From Deltaproteobacteria bacterium (GTDB taxonomy: Bacteria > Myxococcota_A > UBA9160 > JAFDDA01): a stretch of DNA of 64,000 nt. Made by a program: the position numbers and the translations under genes. The notes under the pieces are model-generated. The model was given only the letters and a program-made list of their open reading frames with translations, was not told the DNA's origin and ran no database searches. Positions within the stretch are counted from its first letter, which is position 1. Each line of letters opens with the position of its first letter. The DNA lies in assembly GCA_019311105.1 (NCBI GenBank), contig JAFDDA010000064.1:7593-71592 (forward strand), read 5' to 3'. Below, piece after piece: positions 62,837 to 64,000 of the stretch.

Positions 62837-64000
62837 ATGAGACGCATCGGGATCGTGTTCGTCGCTGCGTTCGCGCTGGCCTGTGGGCCGGACGCGCACT
62901 GGGAAGACACGATCGAGGGCCCGCAACGCGATCCCGCGCAGCGAGCCGCCGCCGCGGAGGCCCAGGCGCGAGACTACGAGGCGCTCGTTCGCGCGCCGGC
63001 CATCAAGCCGAAGGCGATCCTCTTCGGCGACCTCCACGTCCACAGCTCCTACTCCTGGGATGGCTTTTTGTTCACGTTGCCGATGGTCGGGGGCAACGGG
63101 GCACATCCGCCCGCCGACGCCTGCGACTTCGCCCGCCACTGCGCCAACCTCGACTTCTTCGCTCTGACCGACCACGCCGAGACGCTTCTGCCCGAGCATT
63201 GGGATGCGTCCCGCGAAAGCCTGCGGCAGTGCAACGCCCTGGCGGGGGACGAAGCCGACCCCGACCTCGTTGCCTTCACCGGCTTCGAGTGGAGCCAGGC
63301 GGGCACGTCGGCCGAGGAGCATTGGGGGCACCGCTGTCTCGTCTTCCGTGGCGGCGAGGATGGCGAGCTGCCCGCGCGGCCGATCAGCTCCGGCGCCAAG
63401 CGCAGCATCCATGGCGAGCTCGGCCAGATGATGAGTGCGGTCCGCTGGGTGCAACCCGGAAGCTTCGGCGCCTACACCTCGTTCGCGGACTACGTCGACC
63501 GCTTGAACGCCCGCAAAGTCTGCCCAGAGGGCGTGGACACGCGCGAGCTCCCGCTCGCCTGCGAAGAGGTGGCGCCGACGCCGGCGGAGCTTCACGAGAA
63601 ACTCGACCAGTGGGGCTTCGACGTGCTCGAGATCCCGCATGGCACGACCTGGGGCACCTACACGCCGGTGGGGAGCGACGTGGCCCGACACCTCGAGCCC
63701 GAGGTCTACGACGGGACCCGCATGCGCCTCGTCGAGGTCATGTCGGGCCACGGCGACTCCGAGCCCTATCGCGAGTGGCGACCCGTCGAGTTCGGGGAGG
63801 AGGGGGAGCGGGTCTGCCCGGAGCCCACGGTCGACTTCTTGCCCTGTTGTTGGCAGGCCGGCGAGATCATGCGCTCGCGTTGCGGTGATCTGCCCGAGGC
63901 CGAGTGCGAACGCCGCGTCGCGCTGGCGCGAACCCGTGCGGCCCAGGCGAACCTTCGGCCCCATCAGGTCTTCCCGGACGCGGCGATGGAGGAATGGCTC
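62837..64000 (+). CDS. DUF3604-like (PHP-type metal-dependent) lipoprotein, 3'-partial
   Basis: The frame is open from ATG 62837 to the window end (388 codons) and is absent from the ORF track. The lipobox is FALACG. FGDLHVHSSYSWDG and FFALTDHAE are typical DUF3604/PHP blocks. Both listed ORFs over this span look like shadow frames. Confidence 0.7.
   Translation, partial: MRRIGIVFVAAFALACGPDAHWEDTIEGPQRDPAQRAAAAEAQARDYEALVRAPAIKPKAILFGDLHVHSSYSWDGFLFTLPMVGGNGAHPPADACDFARHCANLDFFALTDHAETLLPEHWDASRESLRQCNALAGDEADPDLVAFTGFEWSQAGTSAEEHWGHRCLVFRGGEDGELPARPISSGAKRSIHGELGQMMSAVRWVQPGSFGAYTSFADYVDRLNARKVCPEGVDTRELPLACEEVAPTPAELHEKLDQWGFDVLEIPHGTTWGTYTPVGSDVARHLEPEVYDGTRMRLVEVMSGHGDSEPYREWRPVEFGEEGERVCPEPTVDFLPCCWQAGEIMRSRCGDLPEAECERRVALARTRAAQANLRPHQVFPDAAMEEWL

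Overview
This is a very GC-rich bacterial chromosome segment; third codon positions are almost all G/C. The envelope genes are Gram-negative in type: lspA, tatAC, a class A PBP, an MsbA-like exporter and an LptM-like lipoprotein. I count about 58 protein genes. They sit in tightly packed operons with many 4-nt ATGA/GTGA stop-start overlaps. I saw no rRNA, tRNA, CRISPR array, transposase or phage genes.

Layout:
- 1-20.2 kb is an accessory locus. It joins phospholipid head-group machinery (two cytidylyl/nucleotidyltransferases, a metallophosphoesterase, two CDP-alcohol phosphatidyltransferases, a DAG-kinase-like kinase, a Tam41/Mmp37-like protein, two desaturase-family proteins, an MsbA-like ABC exporter) to an ~11-kb plus-strand operon. 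That operon encodes NeuB, NeuC, a methyltransferase, NeuA, two paralogous surface-carbohydrate proteins, and a Rieske + metallo-beta-lactamase-fold protein that looks like animal CMP-Neu5Ac hydroxylase (CMAH).
- 20.2-41.9 kb is housekeeping: HIT, dapB-dapA-dapF-lysA-small lipoprotein-argH, DAHP synthase, PBP1A, lspA, IclR, acyl-CoA dehydrogenase, malic enzyme, acyl-CoA carboxylase subunits, nucleoside hydrolase, tatC/tatA.
- 41.9-47 kb is a sigma-54-type regulatory island: PilZ, a receiver protein, an NtrC-like activator, and a degenerate AAA+/histidine-kinase fusion.
- 47-64 kb holds M23/M20 peptidases, GNAT, an aminotransferase, an NTPase, gshA, DUF1232, RR-PAS, a large membrane protein, a Grx-TrxR fusion, PAS-HisKA-REC, comF, and a DUF3604 gene that runs off the window.

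Main leads:
1. The CMAH-like gene inside a bacterial sialic-acid/lipid locus.
2. A 32-bp tandem repeat that builds a chain of ATGA-coupled mini-ORFs between the receiver and PilZ genes.
3. Recurrent 32-36-bp tandem duplications at gene boundaries.
4. Five conserved genes that are disrupted as written (neuB, neuA, PBP1A, the sigma-54 activator, a YjbR-like gene).
5. Two families of palindromic intergenic elements.

All homology calls come from reading motifs by eye and need database confirmation.
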